Source of the DNA: Thermoplasmatales archaeon
GTDB lineage: Archaea > Thermoplasmatota > Thermoplasmata > Thermoplasmatales > Thermoplasmataceae
DNA length: 64,000 bases
Direction: 5' to 3'
Assembly (NCBI GenBank): GCA_027310185.1
Contig: DAIDBH010000011.1
Location: 96,001 to 160,000, forward strand
This document shows positions 19,792-31,554 of the stretch, in pieces. The position numbers were made by a program, and so were the translations under genes. The first letter of the stretch is position 1; every line of letters begins with the position of its first letter. Below the pieces are notes generated by a model, which worked only from the letters and a program-made list of their open reading frames with translations, had not been told where the DNA came from and did not search any database.

Positions 19792-20731
19792 CAGACTCCT
19801 TAATAATAAAGTCCTTTAATTCTTTTATCCCGGTTTTGTTGATATTGGATATTGCAATTTCTTCCTTTCTCTCACTTATATCTATCTTTGTCTGTACCCT
19901 GACTATCTTCTTTGGGAAATTTGCCCTTATATCATTGTACAGCTTCTCCTGCTGCTCCACTGTATATCCAGAAAATCCTGAATAGTCAATGAGAAACAGG
20001 ATAACACCTCTTATATCCTTAAGACTAAGTATGGATCTTCTTTCCAGCTCATTTCTTTCGTCCATTGGCCTGTCCAGCAAGCCAGGTGTATCAACAATCT
20101 GGATCTTCCTGGTTCCCGTATTCAGGTGACCGATGAACACATTCAGTGTGGTGAATGGATATGGTGCAATCTGAACATCATTGTTGGTAAGTGAATTCAA
20201 GAGGGAGCTTTTCCCAACATTAGGCATTCCTGCTATGACAAATGATGGCTTCTCTGGATCTATCTCTGGAAGTTTTCTGAGGAAATCCCTGCATTCGCCC
20301 AGCAATCTGAGGTCCTTGTCAACATGTTCAAGAACCGAGCAGAACCGCCCATAGAACTTCTTTCTTACGTTTACCATTTCATGTGCCGTTCTTGCCCTCT
20401 TCAAATCGTGTATGGAATCTGTGGCAAGTTCCACGATTTTTTCCCCGGCCCACTGTACATTATTCAGTGATCTCTTGTAGTTATCAATCCCAAATTTTAA
20501 CTGGAGAAAATCCTCATAGAAGGGATGAAGTTTTTCTGATGTTGGAAATTTCTTAACGATCCTCTTTAGATATATGGCAGAAACGCTCTCTGCTGTTGCA
20601 ATCCTGTCTATATTCTCCTTCCGTACCTTATTTTCAAATATCTTGTCGTAAGGTTCATCTATTTTTGACGCTTTCTTCAGGCTCTTATCTATAAGTTCGT
20701 CTGACCTGAGTATGGTTGGTATTGGTCTCAT
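19766..20731 (-). CDS. Nog1-family GTP-binding protein
   Basis: LHPFY, GMPNVGKSSL, YPFTT, DTPGLLDRP and TKID. Confidence 0.92.
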   Translation of the reverse strand: MRPIPTILRSDELIDKSLKKASKIDEPYDKIFENKVRKENIDRIATAESVSAIYLKRIVKKFPTSEKLHPFYEDFLQLKFGIDNYKRSLNNVQWAGEKIVELATDSIHDLKRARTAHEMVNVRKKFYGRFCSVLEHVDKDLRLLGECRDFLRKLPEIDPEKPSFVIAGMPNVGKSSLLNSLTNNDVQIAPYPFTTLNVFIGHLNTGTRKIQIVDTPGLLDRPMDERNELERRSILSLKDIRGVILFLIDYSGFSGYTVEQQEKLYNDIRANFPKKIVRVQTKIDISERKEEIAISNINKTGIKELKDFIIKESGEFTEYGY

Positions 20732-20735
20732 TACT

Positions 20736-20915
20736 TCACTTTTCCTGAATTGCCTTATTTATTTTTTCTTCCCACTCAGGGGTTATATCAAATTGATTGT
20801 GTGCATATCTGTTATGTATTCTTATTTTGTTCCACAGATCCTTGTGTGTTGGTTCATCTATATGATAGCTGCAATCAAATCCCACGTCCTTACAAGCATA
20901 ATAAAATCTTGACAT
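20736..20915 (-). CDS. DUF1059 small metal-binding protein
   Basis: YACKDVGFDC...HNRYAH; ATG at 20915. Confidence 0.8.
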   Translation of the reverse strand: MSRFYYACKDVGFDCSYHIDEPTHKDLWNKIRIHNRYAHNQFDITPEWEEKINKAIQEK

Positions 20916-20987
20916 AGGATGGACATTGTATACGTGCATAAAAAATTATCATTCTCAATACTTATAGTTATTTGTGAAACCATGCAG

Positions 20988-21722
20988 TCAAATAAAGAAA
21001 ATTGGAATTGTGGACAGGAGGAGTGCAAACATTCTTCCAATCTCTCCAGAAGCTCCAACTATATCTCCATTTACTCCTCTGAAAATCCTGTAGAGGTAGA
21101 GCCTGAGTATGATTGCAATTACTATGACTGCAATCAAAACAAAGATGTACCCAGGGAATAGTATCAATGATAATATAAAAGGGATTCCAAAGGAAGTAAC
21201 AAGGAATGTCCATCTCGATGAGATAACTGAAAAGAATTTACCATAGCCATCTCCTATTGGTTTATTCCTGAAGAATATCAGTGACATGAAAATAATGTCC
21301 ACGAGCTGGGAAAAAAGTATCAGGTATGGAATTCTGGTTGCGGAAACAGAAAGCAGGGCAGAAACACTTATGCCATAAACAACAAATAACATGAATAGGC
21401 CACCGGCTCCTACAGCAGGGTCCTTCATCACCCTGAGCCTGGCTTCCGTCTCCCCTCTTTTCATCAATCCATCTCCAAGGTCAAGGAGAGAGTCTAAATT
21501 TTGTGCACCATGAATGATACCTATTATGCTGAGGGCCAAAATTGTGAGAATGAATTTTGAAACATAATTTTCAACTGCATAAAGAATAATAAAGGAAATT
21601 AGGCCTGATATAAGGTACGGTAGCCAGAGAAAATAAAGGGCTTCAGGAATAAATTCTGCGTTTCCAGCAGGTATGACTGTAAAGAAAGAAATTGATGCCC
21701 TTGCATATCTTGATACTTTCAA
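20988..21722 (-). CDS. cobS: Adenosylcobinamide-GDP ribazoletransferase
   Basis: SFFTVIP, DSLLDLGDG, MKDPAVGAGG and GVNGDIVGA. Confidence 0.88.
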   Translation of the reverse strand: MKVSRYARASISFFTVIPAGNAEFIPEALYFLWLPYLISGLISFIILYAVENYVSKFILTILALSIIGIIHGAQNLDSLLDLGDGLMKRGETEARLRVMKDPAVGAGGLFMLFVVYGISVSALLSVSATRIPYLILFSQLVDIIFMSLIFFRNKPIGDGYGKFFSVISSRWTFLVTSFGIPFILSLILFPGYIFVLIAVIVIAIILRLYLYRIFRGVNGDIVGASGEIGRMFALLLSTIPIFFI

Positions 21723-21770
21723 CCAGACAATATACTTAATTGATATAAATATGAAATCAATTACACTAAA

Positions 21771-22820
21771 ATGAAATTAAGTTCAGATGATAGTTTTACC
21801 CACGGTGACACATACCTAAAAGTAAGAGATAAATACCCGGAAATAAGGGATTTCTCAGCCAATATTAACCATAAAAGTCCTGAATATGTCAACGGAAAGA
21901 AGACAGAAGTGCTGAGGCACTATCCTGCTGGGGAAGAAAAGATAGAAGTAGTGATAGGGAGGCTAGTTACTACTGATCCTGGAAAAATAATTGCAACTTA
22001 TGGCATGACCTCCCTTATAAATTATGTCTATCAACTGCATTCTGGAAAGAATGTTCTGCTTATAGAGCCAATTTTTTCAGAGCACAGGAGGGCTGCAGAA
22101 GCAAGCAGTTGTAAGATAACAAGATTGAGCATGGCTGCATTGACAAAAAACATGGAAATACTCAAAAATTTCAATTATGATCTGATTTCATTGAATATAC
22201 CGGTCAATCCAACAGGGGAAATGCTCAGCCATAAGGAAATCGAAACAATAATTAGAATTTCAATGAAGAAGGATGCAACCGTATTCATGGATCAGGCATA
22301 TATTGATTTTCTAACCACAAGGCGACAGATGGAGTTAAAGAAGGCTACAGAACAATATCCGGGCGTTATTATAGGTAGGTCTCTGACAAAAGTGAGTGGA
22401 TTGCCGGGAATTAGACTTGGATTCGGTATATGTTCTTCTGGAACTGTAAGAATGCTGAGAAAGATCAGGGGACCATGGACTATTCCTGAGGAGTATACGA
22501 CTATACTGAAAAAATGGTCGGAGTACCAGCCCGACACCAATATGTTGCTAAGGGAAAGAGAAAATATCACGAAAGAACTAAAAAAGATGAAATTAACAGT
22601 ATTGGGGAAGTCAGAGGTCAACTTTCTATCATTCAGACTGAATGAACAAATAGATCCACTGGACTTCGAAAGAAAACTCATGGAGAAAGGATTCTTGATA
22701 AGGAATCTTAGCGATTTCTACGGATTTACAGCAAATGATTTCAGGATAAATATAAGAAGTCAGGAAGAGAACACGGAACTAATTGAGGCAATAAGGGCGA
22801 TAATAAATGAGCGAAGGTAA
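21771..22820 (+). CDS. cobD: Threonine-phosphate decarboxylase (PLP, class I/II)
   Basis: HG...DFSANIN, PVNPTG, DQAYIDF and RSLTKVSGLPGIRLG; cob context. Confidence 0.78.
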   Translation: MKLSSDDSFTHGDTYLKVRDKYPEIRDFSANINHKSPEYVNGKKTEVLRHYPAGEEKIEVVIGRLVTTDPGKIIATYGMTSLINYVYQLHSGKNVLLIEPIFSEHRRAAEASSCKITRLSMAALTKNMEILKNFNYDLISLNIPVNPTGEMLSHKEIETIIRISMKKDATVFMDQAYIDFLTTRRQMELKKATEQYPGVIIGRSLTKVSGLPGIRLGFGICSSGTVRMLRKIRGPWTIPEEYTTILKKWSEYQPDTNMLLRERENITKELKKMKLTVLGKSEVNFLSFRLNEQIDPLDFERKLMEKGFLIRNLSDFYGFTANDFRINIRSQEENTELIEAIRAIINERR

Positions 22821-24234
22821 GCTAATACACATAATGGGGACATCTTCAAATGCTGGAAAGAGTACAATCACAATGGGAATCTGCAGAATTCTCAGTGATA
22901 TGGGATATAGCGTATCTCCATTCAAGGCCATGAACATGTCGCTGAATTCCATATCCACTCCTGATGGTTATGAGATATCAAGATCACAATGGTTGCAGGC
23001 TAAAGCTTCCAGGACAGTACCTGACTGGAAGATCAACCCAATCCTGCTTAAACCTGAAGGGTCCGGTAAGTCCCAGGTCATATTCATGGGAAAGTCCATC
23101 GGAAGTCGAACCATCGAGGATTATGGAAAGCTACTGCGAGATGAAGCAAGGTCAGCAGTAAGGGAAGCCATGAAATCTCTTCTTGACAGGTATGATGTGG
23201 TTGTTGCGGAAGGTTCAGGATCAGCGGCAGAGATAAATCTTTATGACAGGGACCTTGCAAATACATGGTTGACCAGTGAATTCAAGGGAACTGGGATACT
23301 TGTCACAAACATTGAAAATGGTGGCGCATTCTCATCACTTTACGGCACAAAGTCACTTGCACAGTTCCCGGAGGTTCTGAAGTATTTCATAATAAACAAT
23401 ATGAGGGGCAGCACTGAATTGCTCAGGTATGGCATTGAGAAGATAAGTTCCATGACAGGCATGTTAAGTATGGGGGTAATCCCACATATGGAAAACAGCA
23501 AATTGCCTGGTGAGGATTCGCTGGATTACAGTAATATTAATGGAACAAAGGTAGGCATCATCAGATATCCCTATTTTGAGAACTACAGTGACATTGATCC
23601 ACTCATACAGATGGGCCTGGGAAAATACATAACCAGTCCAGAACAGCTGGAAACTGTTGATTCTATACTGCTTCCAGGCTCAAAGAATGTCTATGAAGAC
23701 CTGGATTTTATAATTAAGACAGGACTGGGGAAGAAGATCACGGAATTCCATGAAAAGGGATTGAAGATAATAGGAATCTGCGGAGGATACCAGATCCTGT
23801 CAAGGTCTATAAAAGATCCTGGCAATGTTCAGCTACCTGTAAGCGAGATCAAAGGGTTAGGTCTACTGGATACTGATTTTATCTATAATTCAAAAAAGGA
23901 AATATCTGAAGTGAAATATGAAGGCTCATTAGGAAACCTACCCATAACAGGTACAGCTTATTTCATTCATTACGGGAGGGAGCAGAGGAAAAATGACGAA
24001 AAATTTGTCAACACCGGCAGGGGCCCGGAAGGATCTATAAGCAGTGATGGTAAAATAATAGGAACAAACCTTCATGGGATCCTTGAAAATTCCAACATTT
24101 TTCATTGGTTTACAGGTTTGCAAAGGAGCAGGAGCTATGAGGAGACACTGGAAGATAACATCCAATCATTCTCAAGGAATCTATCCGTAAATTTAAAAAG
24201 AGAACTGCTAATGCAGATCGTAAATGGAACCTGA
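22807..24234 (+). CDS. cbiP: Cobyric acid synthase
   Basis: GTSSNAGKS, PFKAMNMSLNS, NPILLKP, GICGGYQIL and GTNLHG. Confidence 0.93.
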   Translation: MSEGKLIHIMGTSSNAGKSTITMGICRILSDMGYSVSPFKAMNMSLNSISTPDGYEISRSQWLQAKASRTVPDWKINPILLKPEGSGKSQVIFMGKSIGSRTIEDYGKLLRDEARSAVREAMKSLLDRYDVVVAEGSGSAAEINLYDRDLANTWLTSEFKGTGILVTNIENGGAFSSLYGTKSLAQFPEVLKYFIINNMRGSTELLRYGIEKISSMTGMLSMGVIPHMENSKLPGEDSLDYSNINGTKVGIIRYPYFENYSDIDPLIQMGLGKYITSPEQLETVDSILLPGSKNVYEDLDFIIKTGLGKKITEFHEKGLKIIGICGGYQILSRSIKDPGNVQLPVSEIKGLGLLDTDFIYNSKKEISEVKYEGSLGNLPITGTAYFIHYGREQRKNDEKFVNTGRGPEGSISSDGKIIGTNLHGILENSNIFHWFTGLQRSRSYEETLEDNIQSFSRNLSVNLKRELLMQIVNGT

Positions 24235-25213
24235 ACTCCTTTCAATCATCATTTCAACTCTCTTCCTTGCCCTGGTAATAGACATAATATTCGGGGAACC
24301 CAGGGGTTTCCTGCATATAGCAGTAATCTCAGGAAGATTGTCGATGTTCATTGGAAGAGGGATGCAGAAATCCAGGAAACCGGTGAGAGCTGGATGGATT
24401 ACAGTATTCATGACAATCATACCAATCACCATATTCTTCGGGTTTATTTTCGATTTCCTCTATAGTCTGCCGCTCATATACATATTTTTCCTGATATTCT
24501 ATGCAATTATTGAAAAGTCTACATTTGCGTTCACGTCAATGGGTGCTCATATAAATCCAATTATAAAGAGCCTCGAGAAAGGAGATATGGAAAGTGCAAG
24601 AGTCCTTACTTCCAGGTGTGTCAGAAGGGATGTTTCACAACTAACTCAACCCCTGCTCATATCTGCAGCAATTGAAACAGTTTCTGAGGGTATAACTGAT
24701 TCTTTCACAGGCAGCTTACTGTATTTCTCCATATTCGGCGTTCTTGGTGCAATAGTCTACAGGATCGTGAACACCCTGGATTCAACATTTGGATACAGGG
24801 ATAGAAAATACCTGAAATTTGGAAGGGCTTCTGCTGCTATGGACACAATTGTCAACTACATTCCTGCCAGGATTTCATCGGCACTCATATCCATTTCTGC
24901 CTATATGCTTAATTACAGTAATAGAAGAACAAGACTCTCAACTCTCCTGAACAGTGTTCCGAGCAGGAACGCTGCATATTCAATGGGCACAATGGCTACT
25001 GTTCTAAATCTGCGACTGGAAAAGAAGGGAAGTTATGTGATCAACAGAAAGGGGTTTGAGCCCACCCTTAGTGATCTGAAGAAAGCACTGAGGATATTCT
25101 ATTTCTCCTTTGTTCTCATGGTAATTTTCGTTACAATCCCACTGGTCATAATTTTTTCATACATCCTCTATCCACACATATTCTTTTTATTTCCCATTAA
25201 AATAGTGGTATGA
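24224..25213 (+). CDS. cbiB: Adenosylcobinamide-phosphate synthase
   Basis: DIIFGEP, AAIETVSE, YRIVNTLDSTFGY and NYIPARI. Confidence 0.9.
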   Translation: MEPELLSIIISTLFLALVIDIIFGEPRGFLHIAVISGRLSMFIGRGMQKSRKPVRAGWITVFMTIIPITIFFGFIFDFLYSLPLIYIFFLIFYAIIEKSTFAFTSMGAHINPIIKSLEKGDMESARVLTSRCVRRDVSQLTQPLLISAAIETVSEGITDSFTGSLLYFSIFGVLGAIVYRIVNTLDSTFGYRDRKYLKFGRASAAMDTIVNYIPARISSALISISAYMLNYSNRRTRLSTLLNSVPSRNAAYSMGTMATVLNLRLEKKGSYVINRKGFEPTLSDLKKALRIFYFSFVLMVIFVTIPLVIIFSYILYPHIFFLFPIKIVV

Positions 25214-25217
25214 TAAA

Positions 25218-26195
25218 ATGAATAGAAAACCCGACATTAACCTAATGCTAGCAGGAAGCACTCAAATTTCTCTCATTCCAGGTATAACATCGGCTGGAAA
25301 AACACCCGAACTAACATTTCTGACTCCGGCTCTTGATTCAGAAATACTTGTAGAAGGAGAATGCAAATCTTTGGATGTGCCTCCAATGACGCCTGACGGA
25401 TTGCCAACACCTTCACTTATATCCAAAGCATGCCTGGAGATTTCAGGAATAGAAACACTGGTTGTAGATGGGGGGATGGGAATAAAGCCTCAATGTACAT
25501 ACCTTCATACAGGATTGGAACCTGCGCGGGATGGAAGGAAGGAACCAGCATTGCCTCAGGCATCCCTTGCAGTATCAACAGGCAGATACCTGGGAAAGTT
25601 ACTGCTTAAGCATGGTCGTTCTGTAATGATCTCAGAATCAATACCAGGAGGTACAACCACTGCCCAGGCTGTTCTTTCCCTTCTTGGAATAGATATAAAA
25701 ACAAGCAGTTCATTCCAGATAAATCCATCAGGACTTAAGGATAAGGTCATAGGAGAAATGATTGACAGGCATGGAATCCAGAATGATCCATTGAAATCCA
25801 TATCAAGGGTCGGAGATTATACACAGGAAATTGCCCTTGGGGTTCTCTCGGAAAATGAGGATTCCAGGATAATTCTTTCTGGAGGGACCCAGATGGCTGC
25901 CATATATTACATTGCTTCAATGCTAAAACTCCCGATGGACAATGTTGAAGTCTGGACCACGAAGCAGATAATGACTGATTCACGAATAACAATGGAATAC
26001 CTCGTTGATCCAGATCATCTGAAATTTTCCCGCACAGATATGAGAAAATCAAGGTTTGATGGAATAAGGCGTTTTGAAGATGGATATGTAAAGGAGGGTG
26101 CAGGAATGGGTGGTTCTATGGTACTTGCCGAGATGGATGCCAATAGTGACAGAATCATAGATTTGATTGATAACATTTACAAATCCTTTATGTGA
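25218..26195 (+). CDS. cobT: Archaeal nicotinate-nucleotide phosphoribosyltransferase (CobT, TIGR00303-like)
   Basis: IPGITSAG, TPALDSE, PDGLPTP, ESIPGGTTTA, GGTQMAA and KEGAGMGG. Confidence 0.85.
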   Translation: MNRKPDINLMLAGSTQISLIPGITSAGKTPELTFLTPALDSEILVEGECKSLDVPPMTPDGLPTPSLISKACLEISGIETLVVDGGMGIKPQCTYLHTGLEPARDGRKEPALPQASLAVSTGRYLGKLLLKHGRSVMISESIPGGTTTAQAVLSLLGIDIKTSSSFQINPSGLKDKVIGEMIDRHGIQNDPLKSISRVGDYTQEIALGVLSENEDSRIILSGGTQMAAIYYIASMLKLPMDNVEVWTTKQIMTDSRITMEYLVDPDHLKFSRTDMRKSRFDGIRRFEDGYVKEGAGMGGSMVLAEMDANSDRIIDLIDNIYKSFM

Positions 26196-26308
26196 TCCTG
26201 CGTTGAAGACTGAATTTTAAAACCTACTAATCGATTCTTATATATGTGACATAAAGTAAACGCGAAAAGTATGGAAAAAATATTAAGCAAGGATCAATAA
26301 AGGTAATA

Positions 26309-26612
26309 GCCGGACTAGGTTGGGAAGCCAGGCTCTTCCTGTTACCCGAAGCCTATATGCGGGAACGACAGTCCAGAGAGGCCAACCTGGCCTCTGTTAA
26401 GCCTTGAGGAATCTATGAGATTTCGGCCCAGCGGATCGGAGGATTACAGAAGGCAATTCAAAGGAAATGCTTTCCGTAACTTATTCACCAATCCCGCCAG
26501 GTCCGGAAGGGAGCAACGGTAGGTGGAACTTTTGGTGCTGCTGGATACCGGGGTCGAGTGAACTCAGGGGTAAACTTAGCAGGACGTCAGGACCAATCTG
26601 GGCATGTCCGGT
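26309..26612 (+). ncRNA. ffs: Archaeal SRP (7S) RNA
   Basis: Helix-8 signature CCGCCAGGTCCGGAAGGGAGCAACGGT; terminal pairing GCCGGAC/GTCCGGT; about 304 nt; TATA near 26280. Confidence 0.93.
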
Positions 26613-26626
26613 ATTTGAGGTTTAAA

Positions 26627-27760
26627 ATGTTCAAGGCAATTCAGGACCCCGTATGGGGTTACACTGAAATTTCAGAAAAATTCTTGAAGATCATAGATAC
26701 ACCTGAATTTCAGAGATTGCACTGGATCAGACAGCTCGGGATGTGTTATCTTGTATATCCTGGAGCAGTTCACACGAGATTTCAGCATTCTCTGGGCACC
26801 ATGACTCTAGCGAGCCAGATCGCACAGAAACTTGAGACAAAATTTCCAGTTGAGGTTACTTTTGCAGCCCTTTTGCACGACATAGGTCATTTTCCACTCA
26901 GTCATTCATTTGAAGATTTCTTTGAGGAAAAGTTTCACGTGAACCATGAAGAAAATGGGAGAGACATCATACTGGGTAAGAAGGGTACGGGGGAAATAAG
27001 GGAATGTCTGGAGTCTAATGATGTAGATCCGGAAGTTATTACAAGGATCCTATCAGGAAAACACAGGGAATTCCAGCTGGAAAGTGGAATAGTGAGCGGT
27101 CCTCTTGATGCTGATGAAATGGATTATCTTGTAAGGGACAGTTATTTTACGGGAACTGGAAACATAGCTTTCAGCATAAAGAGAATGGTCGATATACTCA
27201 GGACAGATGGTGAAAAGATTTTCATTGAGGAGAAAGGAATAACGTCAGTAGAATCGATCCTTCTGTCAAGAAACTTGATGCATAAATCAGTCTATTTTCA
27301 TAAGACTGTCAGGATCGCGCAAAAAATGATAGAAAGTGCAATGAAATCACTGGATAAGGTCGATAGTTCCGTGATGGGAATGCACGATGATATTTTCATG
27401 AGCTATCTGAGAAACCAGGATTCCTGTTCTGAAATGATCAGGCAGATAGACAGGAGAAATTTATACAAGGTTGTATTTAGGGACCAGGCACCGGACATAA
27501 GGGACCCGGAGATTGAAAATAAGATCCTGGAAAAATACCCGGAGCTTATAGTAGACTATGTACCTCCTTATGCATATCAGGACAGAAAGAAAAGCAAGAA
27601 TGAGGTTCTGGTGAAGCAGGGAAGGAAATTCATGGAAATCAGTTCCCTTTCACCACTGCTCAATTCGCTCTATGACAGCTTCAACAGGAGGTCCATATTC
27701 ATATACGGACCACAGAATCTTGAAATAAGACCGGAAGAAATCAGGAAATTACTTGATTAA
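26627..27760 (+). CDS. HD-domain phosphohydrolase (dNTP triphosphohydrolase/SAMHD1-like)
   Basis: IQDPVWG, FQRLHWIRQLG, HTRFQHSLG, LLHDIGH, DADEMDY and VYFHKT. True start ATG 26627; the track's extension lies inside SRP RNA. Confidence 0.88.
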   Translation: MFKAIQDPVWGYTEISEKFLKIIDTPEFQRLHWIRQLGMCYLVYPGAVHTRFQHSLGTMTLASQIAQKLETKFPVEVTFAALLHDIGHFPLSHSFEDFFEEKFHVNHEENGRDIILGKKGTGEIRECLESNDVDPEVITRILSGKHREFQLESGIVSGPLDADEMDYLVRDSYFTGTGNIAFSIKRMVDILRTDGEKIFIEEKGITSVESILLSRNLMHKSVYFHKTVRIAQKMIESAMKSLDKVDSSVMGMHDDIFMSYLRNQDSCSEMIRQIDRRNLYKVVFRDQAPDIRDPEIENKILEKYPELIVDYVPPYAYQDRKKSKNEVLVKQGRKFMEISSLSPLLNSLYDSFNRRSIFIYGPQNLEIRPEEIRKLLD

Positions 27761-28204
27761 TCGTTTCTCCATCCTGAATGCATTCCTGCTGCCATCCAGT
27801 TTTTCACTGTAATAATTCTTCAGGAATTCTGTCTTTCTAAATCCAAGTTTTTCGTAAAGGCCGATGGCTTCATGGTTGAATTCCCTAACCTCAAGAACAA
27901 TCTCTTCATAACCCCTCTCTTTTGCAAGTTCTTCCACGTATTGAAACAGTCTTTTAGCAAGACCCTTTCCCCGATATTCCGGGTCAACAGCTACTGATTC
28001 AATATCTAGAGAGTTACTGGATACTGGACATGCCATCATGTATGCTATTATCCCATTGTCATCTTCGATCTTGAAAGCCATATCTTCTGATTCTGATAGT
28101 GCATATTTGAGCATATCAAGTGAATAAGGTCCCACTGTAAAGGCCCGTTCCTCGAGTCTTACCAGTCTTATCAGGTCATGTTCTGTAATCCTATCTATTT
28201 TCAT
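27749..28204 (-). CDS. GNAT N-acetyltransferase (RimI/Ard1)
   Basis: VAVDPEYRGKGLA, LEVREFNHEAIGLYEKLGF and NYY. Confidence 0.88.
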   Translation of the reverse strand: MKIDRITEHDLIRLVRLEERAFTVGPYSLDMLKYALSESEDMAFKIEDDNGIIAYMMACPVSSNSLDIESVAVDPEYRGKGLAKRLFQYVEELAKERGYEEIVLEVREFNHEAIGLYEKLGFRKTEFLKNYYSEKLDGSRNAFRMEKRLIK

Positions 28205-28265
28205 TATATCAACTCAAATCAGAGTATCTACCAAATATTTTTAATGTTTCCTTCAATATCCATTT

Positions 28266-28953
28266 ATGATCAGACAGAAGGAGTCAACATTCGATCAGGT
28301 AATTGACGATTTAAAGCATGGTTTGCCCATATTAATATTTGATGATGCTAAGAGGGAAGGTGAGACTGATCTTATTTTTGCGTCCCAGTTTGTAACATCA
28401 GACTCAATAAGAATGTTAAGAAGGGAAGCAGGTGGGCTTATATGTACAACATTGAGGAAAAGGGAGGCTGACCTGATACAGTTGCCATATCTTGAGGAGC
28501 TCTATGAAAGATTTCTACCCTATGGGAAGAAGGCCACAAATACCTCTGACATGGGTTATGACAAACATTCATCATTCACATTCACTGTAAATCACAGAAG
28601 TACCTATACAGGAATACCTGACATGGACAGGCAGGTTACAATTTCAAAACTTGTAGATTTCATTAAAAACATAGACTCAAAAAATGATATTCTTGATGAA
28701 TTTTACAGGGAATTCAGGATACCTGGTCATGTCCACCTTCTGATAGCAAGGGAAGGTTACTTCATGGAAAGAAGGGGGCATACAGAACTTGCCACCTACC
28801 TGGTAGAAAGGGCTGGACTTGTACCCAGTGCAACTCTGGCTGAGATGCTTTCAGATTCCGGCAGGGCAATGACAATGGAGGAAGCTAGAAACTTTGCAGA
28901 GGAACATAACTTAACATTTATAGAGGGAAAGGAAATCATAGAAAAGTGGACCA

Positions 28954-28961
<8 letters not shown>
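28266..28961 (+). CDS. ribB: 3,4-dihydroxy-2-butanone-4-phosphate synthase
   Basis: REGETDL, GGLIC, TGIPDMDR, PGHV and RRGHTE. Confidence 0.92.
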
Positions 28962-29876
<915 letters not shown>

Positions 29877-29890
29877 GGTGATGAAAAAAT

Positions 29891-30295
29891 ATGAAAATAG
29901 GAATAGTTGTATCGGAATATAATTATGATATTACGATGATGATGCTGGAAAGAGCCATAGATCATGTTAAATTTCTGGGTGGAGAAGTTTCAGAGGTACT
30001 TAAGGTACCGGGAACCTTCGAGATCCCACTGGGAGTAAAGAAACTCATCAATGGAGGAAATGTTGATGCAGTTGTTACACTTGGAGCAGTTATACAGGGA
30101 GAAACAGATCATGATGATATCATAATGCAGAACGCAGCAAGGAAAATCATGGATATATCCATCGAGACAGGAATGCCAGTATCATTGGGAATTACAGGTC
30201 CTGGACAGACGAGACTGCAGGCTGAAGCAAGAATCGAAAAGGCAAGAAGTGCAGTTGAAGCTGTTGTTAAAATGTTGAAAGGAAATAAGAATTAA
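29891..30295 (+). CDS. ribH: 6,7-dimethyl-8-ribityllumazine synthase
   Basis: GIVVSEYN, VPGTFEIP and LGAVIQGETDHD. Confidence 0.94.
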   Translation: MKIGIVVSEYNYDITMMMLERAIDHVKFLGGEVSEVLKVPGTFEIPLGVKKLINGGNVDAVVTLGAVIQGETDHDDIIMQNAARKIMDISIETGMPVSLGITGPGQTRLQAEARIEKARSAVEAVVKMLKGNKN

Positions 30296-31185
30296 TTATT
30301 ATTTTCTTTTCTTATCTGTCCAAAAGTTGAACTTATTTCTGCAAAAGCATTGTGTGGGTGAATACTTTCTTCACTTTCAGATGATACCGTCAATTTAACA
30401 TCATCTTGAATTTCTGAAAAATTTCTTACAATATTGAATGAAATGTCTCTTACGATATCTTCAACAAACATTGGATTTAAATGGGCTCTGACAACCATCT
30501 CACCTTCATCTGATCTCTTCAGTAATGGAAGAAGTGAGCCATTCATCCTCTTTTCAACAAATTCTATAATACTCTTGATCTCAATATCCAGGTTACCAGT
30601 ATATTCAATTTTTATTACTATATGATTCCTCTGATTATGAGTTATTACTGGAATCTTATCAAGAATGTCAGAAGCCTCTGGAATCCTTTCCTTCAGTATT
30701 GTTCTGGCTGTTTCCATTGCACATGGGCATGCGTTTATTACCATGATTTCTACAGATAGAGATGTCTTGCTGGCTCCATTTCTCTCAAGTTCCGAATTCA
30801 CCCTGACTTCATAGGGAACAAGTGATTCGGACCCTCCAGATGCGTTCCTGTTGAGAAAGATTACTGTACTCATTTCAACCATGGCCTTGCTTGAATAGTC
30901 AAATCTTCTAAGACATTCCTTACATATTTCCATTGATACATGTTCAATGGCATCCTCATTTTTATGACCATTAATTACAGAATTGATTGATTCAATAGTT
31001 CGAGACATATCGGCACCCTTTCGCCAGGATGGAAGATTGACGAATACGTTAAGATTAACTGACAGATTAAAAACATCATCTCCTCTCCTTACCGTTATGG
31101 GTACCCTTACATTCCTTACGCCGACCCTTTCAACATTCAGGAGATGAACAGGCTTTCCACCCTGCACATCCTTGTATTTATCCAT
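30292..31185 (-). CDS. mptA: GTP cyclohydrolase MptA/FolE2 family
   Basis: DVQ, KGADMSR, ACPCA, THNQR, NPMFVEDIVR and EESIHPHNA. Confidence 0.9.
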   Translation of the reverse strand: MDKYKDVQGGKPVHLLNVERVGVRNVRVPITVRRGDDVFNLSVNLNVFVNLPSWRKGADMSRTIESINSVINGHKNEDAIEHVSMEICKECLRRFDYSSKAMVEMSTVIFLNRNASGGSESLVPYEVRVNSELERNGASKTSLSVEIMVINACPCAMETARTILKERIPEASDILDKIPVITHNQRNHIVIKIEYTGNLDIEIKSIIEFVEKRMNGSLLPLLKRSDEGEMVVRAHLNPMFVEDIVRDISFNIVRNFSEIQDDVKLTVSSESEESIHPHNAFAEISSTFGQIRKENNN

Positions 31186-31194
31186 CCTTATTCC

Positions 31195-31554
31195 TTATTT
31201 TGTCTTACTTTCTGAATATGTTTTCTTAATAACTTCCTCTATTTCCTTGTATTTTTCTTCAAGGGCCTTCTGTTGTTTTTCAATGGTATTTATCCTTATC
31301 TCACTGAGCTCCTTCTGTTCCTTGAGTTCTTCAATCAGTTTGGTTTTGTCATCGACCTTATACAGTACAGGACCAACACTTCTGTATATTGGCATACCAT
31401 CAGCCACTTTCCCAAGTTCTTCAAGCGTCTTGGTAAGTTCTTTTATCCTTACTTCAAGCTGATATTTTTGAGTACCTATTTGTTCAATCTGGTTTTCGAT
31501 CTGTTGAGCCTGTCTTACTTGATTTTGTAAATAATTACTTATTCCCCCTTCCAC
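31195..31554 (-). CDS. pfdB: Prefoldin beta subunit
   Basis: Coiled coil with IYRSVGPVLYK hairpin; GAGGTG SD inside the pcc1 end. Confidence 0.92.
   Translation of the reverse strand: MEGGISNYLQNQVRQAQQIENQIEQIGTQKYQLEVRIKELTKTLEELGKVADGMPIYRSVGPVLYKVDDKTKLIEELKEQKELSEIRINTIEKQQKALEEKYKEIEEVIKKTYSESKTK

Noticed and set aside
26558-26626. N-terminal extension of the HD protein in the ORF track
   Set aside because: Lies within the SRP RNA; ATG 26627 has its own SD.
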